DNA of 47,059 nt from assembly GCA_038087875.1 (NCBI GenBank), contig JAXLNO010000580.1, positions 1 through 47,059 of the forward strand. Reading direction: 5' to 3'. Made by a program: the position numbers and the translations under genes. Below the pieces are notes generated by a model. That model worked only from the letters and a program-made list of their open reading frames with translations. It ran no database searches and was not told the DNA's origin. The stretch is from Malacoraja senta (Eukaryota). Below are positions 1-11,919 of the stretch, piece by piece. Numbering within the stretch: position 1 is the stretch's first letter; the number at the start of each line of letters is the position of its first letter.

Positions 1-4
1 TATT

Positions 5-955
5 TTGTATATTAATGGCCTACTCCTGCACCTAATTTCTATGTTTCTATGTTTCTATGTTAATGATATATGTAGGGTGTCAAACCTCTTGAAATTTGTG
101 TTATTTGCAGATGACACTAATATTTTCTGTGATGGGCACAATTTGCAGCAGCTTTTGGAGGTGGTCACAGCAGAAATTAGTAAACTAAAAACATGGTTTG
201 ATTTGAATAAATTATCATTAAATTTAAACAAAACCAAACTTAGGCTGTTTGGAAAACGCAAAATAAATACACAAGTAAAAGTAATGATAAATAATGTTGA
301 AATAGAAAGAGTGTATGAAAATAAATTTCTGGGTGTGATTCTTGATCACAAAATCTGCTGGAAACCCCATATAAAACACGTGAGAGCAAAAGTAGCACGG
401 AGTATTGGAGTGATGGGGAAAGCAAGGCATGTTTTGAATGAGAGAGCACTGTATATTCTGTACAGCTCACTTGTGTTACCGTATTTAAATTACTGTGTGG
501 AAGTATGGGGCAACACCTACAAAACCACCTTACAATCACTAAGCACACTACAAAAAAGAGCTATTCGTATCGTAAACAATGTAGGATATCATGAACACAC
601 CAATATACTGTATTTAAAATTACACACCTTAAAGATTAAGGATCTGGTAGAATTTAAGACTGCACAAATAATTTATAAAGCAAAAAATAAACTGCTACCT
701 GTAAACATACAAAAACTGTTCAGAGACCGAGAGGGGGGTTATAACTTTAGAGGGAAACTAAACTTGAAACTGCATTATGCTCGGACCAATTTAAAAAGTA
801 TGTGTATTTCCATTTGTGGGGTGGTTTTGTGGAATGGTTTTGATGAAACGATTAAACAAAGTATGAATATAATGCAATTTAAAAAAATGTACAAAAGATA
901 TATCTTTGAAAAGTACAATAATGAGGAAGGAGAATGCAAATCTCACAGATGTTAA
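5..955 (+). CDS. LINE ORF2 reverse transcriptase C-terminal part (open at window edge)
   Basis: 316-aa open frame with the FADD catalytic motif and downstream L2/Crack-type motifs; includes a 16-codon in-frame insertion near its start. Confidence 0.8.
   Translation: MYINGLLLHLISMFLCFYVNDICRVSNLLKFVLFADDTNIFCDGHNLQQLLEVVTAEISKLKTWFDLNKLSLNLNKTKLRLFGKRKINTQVKVMINNVEIERVYENKFLGVILDHKICWKPHIKHVRAKVARSIGVMGKARHVLNERALYILYSSLVLPYLNYCVEVWGNTYKTTLQSLSTLQKRAIRIVNNVGYHEHTNILYLKLHTLKIKDLVEFKTAQIIYKAKNKLLPVNIQKLFRDREGGYNFRGKLNLKLHYARTNLKSMCISICGVVLWNGFDETIKQSMNIMQFKKMYKRYIFEKYNNEEGECKSHRC
18..59 (+). mobile_element. Extremely 5'-truncated CR1 3' end inserted in the Crack ORF
   Basis: GCCTACTCCTGCACCTAATTTCTATGTTTCTATGTTTCTATG matches CR1 tails at ~23488-23522 and ~26379-26412; flanked by TTAATG at 12-17 and 60-65. 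Confidence 0.8.
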
Positions 956-1177
956 TGGTGCTTGTTCTTTTTGTTCTTTTCTTTTTTTGTTCTTTTTTCT
1001 TAATAGCTTGATTGGAGTAGTTTTAATTGAATTGTCTGTTTAGTTTATTTTATTGAATTTTGCATTTGTTAATGGTGAAGAATGGGGGTAGGACTTGACA
1101 AGCATAGGCTTCTTCCTATCCCTTTTCGAACGAGTCTAATGTGTATTATGTTGAAATTGGCTTTTGATTTTTTAATT

Positions 1178-1306
1178 TATGTATGTACATATATGTTATG
1201 TATATGTGTATGTGTGTATATGTGTATATGTATGTATGTATATATGTACATGTATATGTATGTATGCGTGTATGTATTTATGTATATATATATATGTATA
1301 TATATA
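1178..1306. repeat. (TA/TG)-rich microsatellite in LINE 3' UTR
   Basis: Degenerate TATG/TGTA/TA repeats. Confidence 0.9.
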
Positions 1307-1747
1307 ATTTCCCTTTATTTATTATTCATTTTCATCTTTTCTTTTCTTTTTTTAATCGTTCGTTCGAAATAAAAGATATCAAATCAAATCAAATCAAATC
1401 AAATTATTAATCAGGCGCAAGGAGACATGAGAGGGAAAAGGTGATGGTGTTACTACCTTAGAGCTTGAAGGTTCAACAGAAAAACGCTCTCTCCCTGCGA
1501 AGGTAATAAAACTAGGTGAAGAGCTAGTAATCAATTCACATAGTTCTGAAGAAGAGAACATTTTGTTGATGAAAATTATCTTGTGTTTGAGAGAAGAAAT
1601 TTTGAAGATGTTTGGATGATTGTGAGCACCTCAGAACATCTTTTTCCATCTGTTCTTTGTCAGATTTTCATTCTTTCGTACTTTTGTCCAGTGTAAACAA
1701 GCAGTTTTTACTAATGCTATTTCATCTAAAACCAATAATTAAAAAAC

Positions 1748-1990
1748 AAATTGCAGGTGTTGGAAATCTGAAACAGCAACAGAAAATGCTGGAAAATTCA
1801 GCAGGTTAGGCGGCATCTCTGGAAAGAGAAACAGTTAATATTTCAGTTCAACTCCCTTCATCAGAATTTAAAAAGTGAGAAAATAAGTTAGTCAGGGTGC
1901 CTAGACTAATTTATTTTCTCATCTTTTCAGTTCTGGTGAAGGCTACTACCTGACTTGCTGAGTTTTACCAGCATTTTCTATTATTTTTCT
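1748..1990. mobile_element. Old palindromic Penelope pLTR-derived repeat
   Basis: AGAAAATGCTGGAAAATTCAGCAGGTTAGG ... CCTGACTTGCTGAGTTTTACCAGCATTTTCT inverted arms, related to younger copies at 21506 and 39706/40383. Confidence 0.65.
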
Positions 1991-2235
1991 GTGACCTCGC
2001 AATTAAAGGTCTTTATATGCAACTTTCACAAGTGATCCAAAAAGCTGTTTCAACAATTAAAAAAAATATTTTGGACAAATCCAAATGTTTATATATGATT
2101 GTATAATATACATTCTATAATATATATTCAATATTATTCATTAAAAGGGGATTGAAAAATACATTAAGGACAAAATATCGCAGAAATATAAGAAAAGCTG
2201 GTCTGTCAGATGGATTAGAATGATTTTTTAAAGAC

Positions 2236-2540
2236 CCATGTCCTGTTGAACCGGACGTCTTGTTGAGGACCCCTGTCTGTATAACTCATTATCACCTATC
2301 CCACAATGGATCATTGTGGGCTCCACATTTCCTTGATTATCGTTGCTTTTTGCATCTTCCATTCATTTGTCCTAAGTACCATCTATATCTCTCGATCCCC
2401 TTTCCCCTGACTCTCAGTCTTAAGATCCGAAACGTCACTTAATTCTTTTCTCCAGAGATGCTGTCTGACCCGCTGAATTAGTTCGGCTTTTTTGTGTCTG
2501 TCTTTGGATTAAACCAGCATCTGCAGTTCCTCACCACACA
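2236..2540 (+). mobile_element. Penelope-like element 3' terminal (pLTR) fragment with degraded hammerhead region
   Basis: CCCCTGACTCTCAGTCT...CCGAAACGTCAC...CCAGAGATGCTG...CCAGCATCTGCAGTTCCT, homologous to 30400-30507 and 40383-40492. Confidence 0.7.
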
Positions 2541-3254
2541 TAATGGCATGTCATGACCGCTGCACATTTCTCACAATTACCATACCCCCCCCCCCCCCTC
2601 TTCCATGCTTTCCAGCCACATAATTACCCAGCAAAGAAAAAAAATATGATAAATCTTCAGGCCATTTTAGAATAAAAACTCAAGGAAATTCTTCTCAAAC
2701 TCAAGAGGCCATTGAAACAGTTTCCAGGAATCCAGTCATTGGTAGACATACCTTCCACAACATTTAAACCAAAGCTGCAATAGTCATGTCAAGTCCAGTT
2801 TATCGTCACATGCATGTATCTCAATGACAATCTTAACAAACAAATAATTTAACAAATAACCTCCTGTTATGTCCAATATTATTTGAATGAGGAAAGAAGA
2901 AAAGATAGTCACCTGCCAAACCAATGTACTGTACTGTGCTTCAGAGAAAGAAACCAATATCCCATGTTACAATTGACTTAGGTCTCACAATTCATGGCAA
3001 ATAGGTATGGATAATAAAAGCACTCAAGTGCATTGCCTATTCCCAAAGACAAGCATTTAATGAAAACAATAAGCTACTCCCTAAACAGTACCAATAAATT
3101 AATCAGTTTAGACAGCCAGAGGAACATTGCCTTCACAAATGTATGTCTTCCTTCTGTGGCAGTCCACAGAGGTAGACGTGCAAGACACAATCATTTGAGT
3201 TTGGTCTTCAGAGACCAATGTAAAATTTGGACACCAGATAATGAGACATTTGAT

Positions 3255-3256
<2 letters not shown>

Positions 3257-3291
<35 letters not shown>

Positions 3292-6200
3292 TTATTTATT
3301 AGAAGTACATTACATTACAACCACATACATTAATACTCGTCATTTATATCTTCTTACAATTAATGCACTCCCTTTATTTATTTTTTTACACTAGAAAAAG
3401 AAAAGATTGAAAGAGAGAAGAAAGTGAAGGAAAAAGTGCAAGTGTAGAAAAGTGTAGAAAATGTAACAACAAAAGAGGACGAAGACCCTATAAGAGTGAA
3501 ATTAAAAACAAAAAGAAAAAGAGTTAAGAAATAGGCCCTAAGAAAAGAAAAGAGAAAGAGAAAAAAAAAGAAACAAATGTTTTTTTTGTTTTGTTTGAGC
3601 ATCACGTAAATAGGACATACCAACTCTTCAACTATCATCCCCCCTTACCTGACCTCAATTTTTTATTTTTTTTAAAGTACTTTTGCACCCTATGTTTGTA
3701 ATAATTCTATAAATGCAGACCACGTCAGGTGGAAGTGATCTGGTTTACCTGCTAGGAGGAGTCTTATCTCTTCTAGGTGTAATGTTTCAAACATATTTGA
3801 AATCCACATATTTATAGTTGGTATTGGAGCCTTCTTCCAAAATTTTAGAATTAGCTTTTTTCCAGTTATTAACCCATAGTCCATTAATTTCTTTTGAAAC
3901 ACATTTAGTTCTGGATCATCTTCCGTTATTCCGAAGATAATCCATTCTGCTTTGGGTATCAGTCTTGTTTTAAATAACTTTGTAAAGATTTCAAAAATTT
4001 CATTCCAAAATTTTTGAATTTTTGTACAGAAGACAAATGAGTGCGCTATAGTTGCTTCTTGGGATTGACATTTATCACAAATAGATGATATGTTTGGGAA
4101 AATTTTATGAATTTTAGTTTTCGAATAATATAATCTATGTAAAATTTTAAATTGTATTAAAGTGTGTCTTACATTAATCGAGCATTTATGCACGTTTAAT
4201 AAGTATTCATTCCAACTTTCCTTTGAAATTTTAATAGCTAACTCTTGTTCCCAGTCTCTTCTGATACCCTCCGTAGATGGTATTTGTGCATTTAAGATAA
4301 TATTATACAAATATGATATTAAGTTTGCTGATTCCGTTTTTATCTGCATTGCCTCGTCCAGTACATCTGCTGGGTTATTATGATGATCTTTTGTATATTT
4401 TTTCAAATAATCGCATATTTGAAAGTATTTAAAATATTGATTATTTCCGAGTTTATATTTTATTTGTAATTGTTGAAATGAAAGTAATTTTCCAGTTTCA
4501 TACGTCACCAAGCGTTTTAATTCCTAGTCTATCCCATTGTGTATAAGCTTTATCTATAATAGAAGGACTAAACGAAGGGTTATTGACTATAGGTAATAAA
4601 AGTGATAAGTTTCTTAATTTTAAATTTTGTTTTATTTGTTTCCAAATACGGATTGTACTATGAATAATTGGGTTCTTATTATAGTTTATGTTATTCAATT
4701 TCATTGGAGAGAGGAGGATCGCTCCAATGTTTCTAGAGGAGCAATCCTCTTTCTCCATTACAATCCAGTCTACTTGCTGGGCGGAGTTATCCATCAGTTG
4801 AATCATGTTTTTAATATTTACTGACCAATAATAATACATAAAATTAGGTAGTGCTAGACCCCCCAATACTTTAGGTTTATTCAGATGGGTTTTTTGTATT
4901 CTATGTGATTTATAGTCCCATATAAAATTAGTGATATCTGAGTCGAGTTTTTTTAAAAACTTCTTAGGTAAGTATATAGGAATTGATTGAAATAGGTATA
5001 AAATTTGTGGTAAAAAGATCATTTTTATTGCGTTTATTCGGCCTATTAAAGACATCGGGAGCGTTTTCCAGAATTTAATTAATGTATTCAGTTTATTAAG
5101 TAGGGGGTCAAAATTTGCCCCGAACATACCTTGATATGTTCTGGTAATTTCGATTCCCAAATATTTAAATTTTTCTGTAGCTATTTTAAAAGGGAATTTT
5201 AAAAGATGTGTTGAATCTTTCGGTTTTATTGACATAATTTCACTTTTATTCCAATTTATTCTATATCCAGAAAAAGATCCGAAGTCTTCAATTAAATTTA
5301 ATATATTTGGTATAGTGATTTGAGGTTTTGTAATATACAATAATATATCATCCGCGTATAAAGATATTTTATTATATGAGTCTTTAGTATTATATCCATG
5401 AATATCAGGGTGTATTCTAATTTTTTCTGCTAGCGGTTCAATAATGAGAGCAAACAGCTGTGGTGATAATGAGCATCCTTGTCTATTTCCCCTTGATAGT
5501 TGAAATTTCGAGGATAATATGTTATTAGTAAGTATTCTAGCTGTAGGTTTGTTATATAGTAACTTAATCCATAAAATAAAATTCTCTCCCAGTTGAAATT
5601 TTTGTAATACTTTATCCATATAATTCCATTCTACTTGATCAAATGCTTTTTCAGCATCCAGCGAAATAATTGATAATTCTTGATCTTCAGATTTGTGTGA
5701 GTGCATTATGTTGAGTAGACGTCTCATATTATTAGAAGAGTATCTCTTAGGAATAAACCCTGTCTGATCTGGGTTTATTAATTTACTAATGTATTTACTT
5801 AATCTTCTAGCTAATGTTTTCGCTAATATTTTTTGATCTGTGTTTAACAATGCTATAGCTCTATATGAGCCAGGTTCTTCTAAATCTTTATTTTTCTTAG
5901 GTATTAATGTAATCGTTGATTCCGCTAATGTATCAGGTAGTATTCGTTTTTTAAAAGCGTATTGATACATTTTTTGTAATCTTGGTATTATTTTATCATA
6001 AAAGCTTTTATAAAATTCATTAGTAAATCCATCAGGGCCTGGTGTTTTTCCATTTTTTAATGAGTTTATTGTATCTTCTAATTCCTTAATTGAGATTTGT
6101 GCACCCAGTTCCTCTTGTTCCTTCAGCTCTAACTTTGGAAGATTACAGGTATCCAAGAACTTTGTGATATTATTGGAATCAATTATCGTTTTAGATGTAT

Positions 6201-8351
6201 ACAAATTCTCGTAAAATTGCGCAAATCTTTTATTAATATCCTTCGGTGTTGTTAATAATTCCCCTTTATCTGATTTGATCTTTGGTATAGTATGTTCCTT
6301 TTCTCGTTTTTTTAGCTGGCGAGCCAAAAGTTTATGCGGTTTATCCCCAAATTCAAAGTGCTCTTGTTTTGTAATTTGAAAAAGTCTTATAAGTTTGGCA
6401 GATAATAATTTATTTAATTTAAATTTTAAAATTATTATTTTATTATGTTTATCTATTGATGGATCTTTAGCATTATCTATATCCATTTGTCTAATAAGTT
6501 CTTCTAACTGTCTTTGTTCATTCTTATTCTTTTTATTTTGAAAAGCTTGATATGAAATTATAATACCCCTAATGTATGCTTTAAAAGATTCCCAAAGTAA
6601 AGTAGGCGATATATCTGAAGTATCATTTGTTTGAAAAAAGACCTCCATTTGTTCTTTTAAATATATACTCGCTTGTGGATCTTTTAAAATTTGAGAGTTA
6701 AATCTCCAGAATGAATTATTCTTAGACAATCCTTCCAGTTTTAAAAAGAAAGTTAGTGGAGAATGGTCTGAAATTGAATTTGTATGGTATATTGCATTAG
6801 ATGTTTGGGGGATTAATTTTGTATCCAGCAGAAAGTAGTCTATACGTGAGTATGTCTTATGTACCATTGAGTAAAACAAATATTCCCTGCCAGTTGGATT
6901 CACAATTCTCCAAACATCTGCTATATTAGTGTTATTTATATAGGTATTGAGGAGTTCCCCAGTTTTCGATTTCATATTCCCTCTCTGTTTTTGACTTGAT
7001 TTATCTAAGTACGGATCTAAAACACAGTTAAAGTCTCCGCCTATTATAACATTTTGATAGTTTGACTCTGCAATTATATTGAAAATTTTATTGAAAAAGT
7101 GGGGGTTATCAAAGTTAGGGGCATATATATTTACCAAAGTAAGTGGAGTGTCATGGATTTCTCCATTAACTATTAGGTATCTCCCTTCTATATCTGTTAT
7201 AATATTCTTTGCTTTAAATGGTATACCTTTTCTTATGATAATTGACGTGCCTCTAGATTTTGAAGTGAATGAAGAGTGGTATGTTTGACCTATCCATTTC
7301 GCCCTCAGCCTAACTTGGTCCTGAGGTTTTAGGTGTGTTTCTTGTAGGAAGGTAATGTCAGAATTATACATTTTTAGCTGAGCTAATATCTTACCCCTTT
7401 TGATAGGTTCGTTAATACCTCTTATATTCCAACTACAAAATGAGATTCCTCCTAGGTTCTTTTGTGTGGTGTCATGCATTTTGAATAATTATAGTACCTT
7501 TGAATCTTGTGGTGCGTCCATGTCCCAGGTCTTTAGGTATTGGGGGAGTTTTTGAATTATTAACTTTTGCTGGTATGTCCATATTACTCTTATCACTAAA
7601 CACAAAACACAAACAAGTGATTTTATGTGATAAAAAAAAAACTAAACAAGTGAGGCTACAGTGTCTGATATAGTCGGCACTGTAGCGAGTGACCCACCTG
7701 TAGGTGGGAAAAAACCTTGTTTTGACTTCCATTGCGTTGTTACTCAACTAGCTCCGCTCTCTTAGTTAATCATAACATATTAAAATATTAAAACGAGGCC
7801 TCACATTCAGATATATAATACAATTTTACCCTGATATTTCCTTATAACATATATATATATCAGAGTTTAATTATTAAACCAATATTTTTGATTTCAATAA
7901 GAATCAACTGTTGGTTGAAGGGGTTAACGAGACGTGCTCCTGGACATAAGCCAGGAGCTCGTTTCTCATCCCCTCCTCCCGCTTATAGACAAGGTTACAA
8001 TTTATTAAAAATTCATATTAGTATGTTAGTTCATTATTTTTTTTTGTTTTTTTTGTTAGTATTCTAATCTAACCTACATAACTTTTAAAGTTGTTAATAG
8101 GATAAGTTCTTACAATTGGTTATAACATTTTAATCAATAAGCAATTATTTTCTGATTCATATTCCAGCTGTAAAGTTGTTTTGAACAGAAAATGTCCTTG
8201 ATTCAACATTCCAGAGATAACAGTGTAACTATCCCCAGACAAAACATAGCTGAGAATTATTCGGATCTGCCAAAGCTCCCTTTTATTTCTGTTTTTCAAC
8301 GATCGTTTGGGCGTATTTGAAAGCGTCTTCAGGCTTAACAAATGACTTTTC
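3257..8351 (-). mobile_element. 5'-truncated L1-clade LINE (ORF1 tail, ~800-bp spacer, ORF2, 3' UTR, poly(A))
   Basis: Poly(A) seen as poly(T) at ~3257-3286. ORF2 has EN-RT-CCHC domains. A putative ORF1 C-terminus EKSFVKPEDAFKYAQTIVEKQK* lies at ~8283-8351. Degenerate TSD AAAATTATTAATGTTCATT / AAAATTATCAAATGTCTCATT at a TT/AAAA site. Confidence 0.92.
3690..7479 (-). pseudogene. L1 ORF2 (APE endonuclease, RT, zinc knuckle) broken by one frameshift near 4503
   Basis: SWNIRG, LQETH, NIYAPN, GGDFN, SRIDY, SDHSP (EN); PGPDG, LDAEKAFD, RQGCSLSP, LYADD (RT); CDKCQSQEATIAHSFVFC (CCHC). The 993-aa and 273-aa frames overlap at 4498-4511. Confidence 0.95.
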
Positions 8352-8479
8352 AATGAACATTAATAATTTTAAAATATAATATGAGCCATGCAAGTATTAA
8401 TTTGAATATTGAACATAACCTGCATCTTGAAAAAAAATCTTTACCTACCAGGAATTTTTACCTACAGACATGACTACAT

Positions 8480-8690
8480 TCCATAAGCTCTGGAATTCAA
8501 TTCCTAAATGTTTTTCTACCTCTCTTTCCTCTTTAAAGATGTTTATTTAAATCTATTATTTACACCAAGGTCTTTCTCATTTGTGGCTAAGTGTACATTT
8601 TTAAATTGTTTAAAAACATTTCTCTGAAGTGCATTTGGATGCTCGTGCCACATTAAAGTTGGTACATAAATGGAAATTGCTGTTGCTGCT
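8480..8690 (+). mobile_element. Decayed L2-type LINE 3' end
   Basis: AAGCTCTGGAATTC...CTCTTTCCTCTTTAAAGA...TGAAGTGCATTTGGATG...TAAAGTTGGTACATAAATGGAAATTGCTGTTG resembles L2 3' tails. Confidence 0.5.
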
Positions 8691-8722
8691 TATTTTGACT
8701 TCCTAGACTTGCCAGAGACTTA

Positions 8723-9439
8723 AGGGGCTGTCCCACAGCAGCGACCTAATCTGCGAGTTTAGAAGAGTTTGCCCTCGACTCAAACTCGCAGCATGGTCGA
8801 CACGAGGTCCTTGGAGGTCCTATGAGGTCACTGGAACTCTCCTTCATGCTTGAGGGAAGTTCCAGAATATTCGTGGCCTCAGCTAGGTCGCGAAAAATTT
8901 GTCAGCATGTTGAAAAATTTTCCGCGAGTAAACTTTGGTCAGCATGGTGCTTTTTGACTCGTGGTGCAGTGGAGTGGGGTCACCATTTAGTTACAGGCAG
9001 TCGAGAGCAGCCGTAGCCAATCTCCTTCGCTGACCGGGCATTTTGATTGACTCATTGGAGTGTTCAGGACCAGGGAAAACCGACCGGTAGGTAAAATACC
9101 CGCTAAACTTTATTATACTTCTTAAAAGTGTCTCCCCCCCTTCTCTCCCCCCCCCCACCCCCCTCCGCACTCTCTAAAGGACTTACCGTACACTGTGGCA
9201 GCCGTTTACCTTCCTCTTCATCGCGGGTGTGAATTTCAGATAGCGCTCCCCCGCTTTCCCTGGCCCCCGCCTTTGCGATGTGTTTGTGTGTGTGTGTGCG
9301 TGTGCGGTCGGTCCAGCTCACGGTTTCAACACAGACGGTCGATCCAGCTTGAGGTTTTCCAGACGAGTGCCCTCGAGCTTGAAGGTCGAAGGCACTCTTC
9401 TTAACTCGCGGATTAGGTCGCCGCAGTGGGACAGCCCCT
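8723..9439. mobile_element. PIF/Harbinger-type MITE (non-autonomous DNA transposon)
   Basis: TIRs AGGGGCTGTCCCAC...GCGACCTAATC / GATTAGGTCGC...GTGGGACAGCCCCT extend imperfectly ~60 bp; TTA TSD at 8720-8722 and 9440-9442; no transposase. Confidence 0.88.
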
Positions 9440-9652
9440 TTATACAGACATGTAAAATGTCATCAGCTTCTGGCATAAGCGTTAAACTACTACTTAAAAG
9501 ATGCTAATGTGCCACTTATGTATAAGGCCGGTTTTTGACTTGAAAATAGCACAACTGAATTAAGAAATACGTATATTTTTATCTCGGGTAGGACAGGAAA
9601 GCTACATGCTTCATGAACTGCTTTGTTTCAAACAAAATTCAATGCACATTTC

Positions 9653-9895
9653 TGTCTTTTGGATGAGACATTAAGCTCCTCTGAGCACACAGGTGGAAGG
9701 GGGGAAATTCCCATGGCATTGTTTTTTTTTAAAGCATGAGGGATCTCTCTGGATGGCTGGAGATTATTCACCAATCAAGTATTGCTAAAAAATGATTGGC
9801 TGGTTATTTTCACTTTTATTCCTGTGATTTTACAGTACATAATCTTTCAGATGTCTATCACATTTTCTACTCCTTAACAGTGACTATACTTTATA
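9653..9895 (+). mobile_element. Ancient Deu-domain SINE (SacSINE1/AmnSINE1-like) remnant
   Basis: GTCTTTTGGATGAGACATTAA...CAGGTGGA...TCCCATGGCA...AACAGTGACTATACTT follows the recalled Deu-domain consensus order. Confidence 0.6.
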
Positions 9896-9944
9896 ATCTG
9901 CAATATGTATGAGAACAGGATATGGTTTAGCCTGCATCACAGTC

Positions 9945-10330
9945 ATGAATGGTTTGAGCACGGAAATGGCCACTTATCCTGTCATGTCGTTACCAGCATC
10001 CAGCTAGACTCACTCCCACATCTCCCTGTAGACCTATATATTTTTTCCTCTTTCCGAAACTTATCCAAATCTCTATGAATGCTACAATTGAATCTACCTC
10101 CACAACAACCCCTGGTGACCTTAACTCCAGCACTTAATGATTTTTATTCCTCTCACAGCTTCCTCTGTCCAAGAAAAACTAATATTCTCTTATATATCCA
10201 CAAACCTAAAGTTCATTATCCTTGGAATCATGTAGGTAAATGTCTCCTGCAATGTGTTCTTCACATCATTCCTGAAATGCCACACACATACTGTACTCCT
10301 ATACTCTGAAGTTCAACCAGTGCTTTGCTG
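9945..10330 (-). mobile_element. Old CR1 3' fragment
   Basis: Reverse-complement similarity to CR1 3' ends (TTATCCAAATCTCTATGAATGCTACAATTGAATCTACCTCCAC). Confidence 0.5.
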
Positions 10331-11919
10331 CTGGCATGTTCATAATGGGTCGATTGATTGATGTCTATATCATAATTTCTATGATTTTTGCACAATTAAA
10401 ATTTGTATGGGTCCACATTGATTCAGGGCTTTAAAAAAAATTCTAATTGGACAGAGTTTTCAGTTTATGGAAAGTGCATAATTGGATTCTGGGATGTTAG
10501 ATATTCAAATATAATTGTCAGAAGATAACAAGCTGAATGATTTTTTTAAAGATGCCTACATCCCCATACCCAGTCTTTTACAAACAAAATCTGATGTGAT
10601 TAAATAAATTTGATTAGCACACAAATTGAGGCCTATTCAAAGCCCTCTCATTATATGTGTAATAGAAATCATTAGAATTTCAGCAACATATTGCAGAAAA
10701 TGGGAAAGCGATTATTTTACACACAGCTGCAATTTCTACTCAAGTTCTCCAGTGCTGACATCTGGACATCACATGCGGACATTACTTTAATCACTACTTT
10801 AAAAGCTGAAACAATATATTGCTGATTAACCATTATATAGTATTTCAGAAACATAATCTAGGCTGGGAAACCACAAGAATGTGAAGTTTTGCTTCAAAAG
10901 ATTGTCTCCGGGCTGAGCAGCTTGTTAAGGCAGGTAACTCATTGTTTGCCCTGTAAGTTATTTAGCCATTTGTAAAGCATTGACTGAACCATAACAATAA
11001 TCAATCATTAACTCTGAATTCTTCAGAGCAGGCTCGCTATCATCAAGGCTGCTGGTGTCAGCTTCTCCTTTTGCAGTCGCTGCTTTGGTGGTTTAATTTA
11101 ATAGAAGTAATTTTATGTATAATTTATGTTCTTATGTGTTGTCTGAGTCTGTGCCCATAATGATGCTGCAAATAAAATGTTATTGTAAGTATACCCCACC
11201 ATACTAGTGCATATTAATCAACACAACTTGACTACAGCCTTGATACGAGCATCTGCTTTGTAGACTTTGAGTAGTACAGGTTGGCTGCAAATTCAGAAGG
11301 CCAGCACAATAACTAGAATGACCAATCATTCCAAACATCATGCTCTCAAAGGAAAATAGAATAGTAGTATTGTTTCATTTTTTTGAATGAAATATTTGCA
11401 TAGAACAAATCATACACTAGTGTAACAATGCATACTGTATCCTGTTCACTAACCAAACACAAGATGTTGGAGCAAATAGGATGTTTAAAGTTCAGATTTT
11501 TATTATACATTCTTATTATGTTTTTTACATATTGAGGAATAATAATCTTCAAAAGATGCAATAATCTCAAAAAAGGGCAGAAATCAGGGCACTGACCCAT
11601 GCTCTCTTAGTGAAATGCAGCCGAAATGCTATGCTTATGCTATCTGTTAATTATATAATTACAGTGTCCAACTGTGTATGGTAGGCGACAGTTAAAGGCA
11701 GACCAAAGCTGGCATTTTGCTCTGACAGAGGGCTCATTATGGCTGGTGCAGGTGCTCACAGGTTGAACCTCAACAATGAGCTGTGGTAAAATACAGAATT
11801 AAGTGGCTTCAGATACAGCTTAAGGTGTCGTGGAGGGAAAATGTAAAGGACAAAATTGACACTCTTTCTGCAGGGGATCATAAGACAATCTGCATCGATT
11901 GTTCTTGGAGTTAAAGTCA

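Larger units (their letters stand above)
1..1403 (+). mobile_element. 3' part of a Crack/Daphne-like (L2/CR1 group) non-LTR retrotransposon
   Basis: ORF 5..955 carries RT C-terminal motifs (YIND, LFADDT, LSLNLNKTK, KFLGVILD, YCVEVWG, LQKRAIRI). The 3' UTR has a GGGGTAGGA...TCCTATCCCC stem, AATAAA and an (ATCAA)n tail at ~1377-1403. Confidence 0.85.

Noticed and set aside
1082..1410. Hydrophobic ORFs (YVCMY repeats)
   Set aside because: Translation of a TA/TG microsatellite in a LINE 3' UTR.
1410..1726. Minus-strand coding exon after a strong acceptor
   Set aside because: All frames hit stops and no homology was recognised; kept only as a possible non-coding exon.
11728..11830. Possible H/ACA snoRNA or pre-miRNA (GCTCATT...AATGAGC stem)
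   Set aside because: Only a short stem; no convincing boxes or extended pairing.
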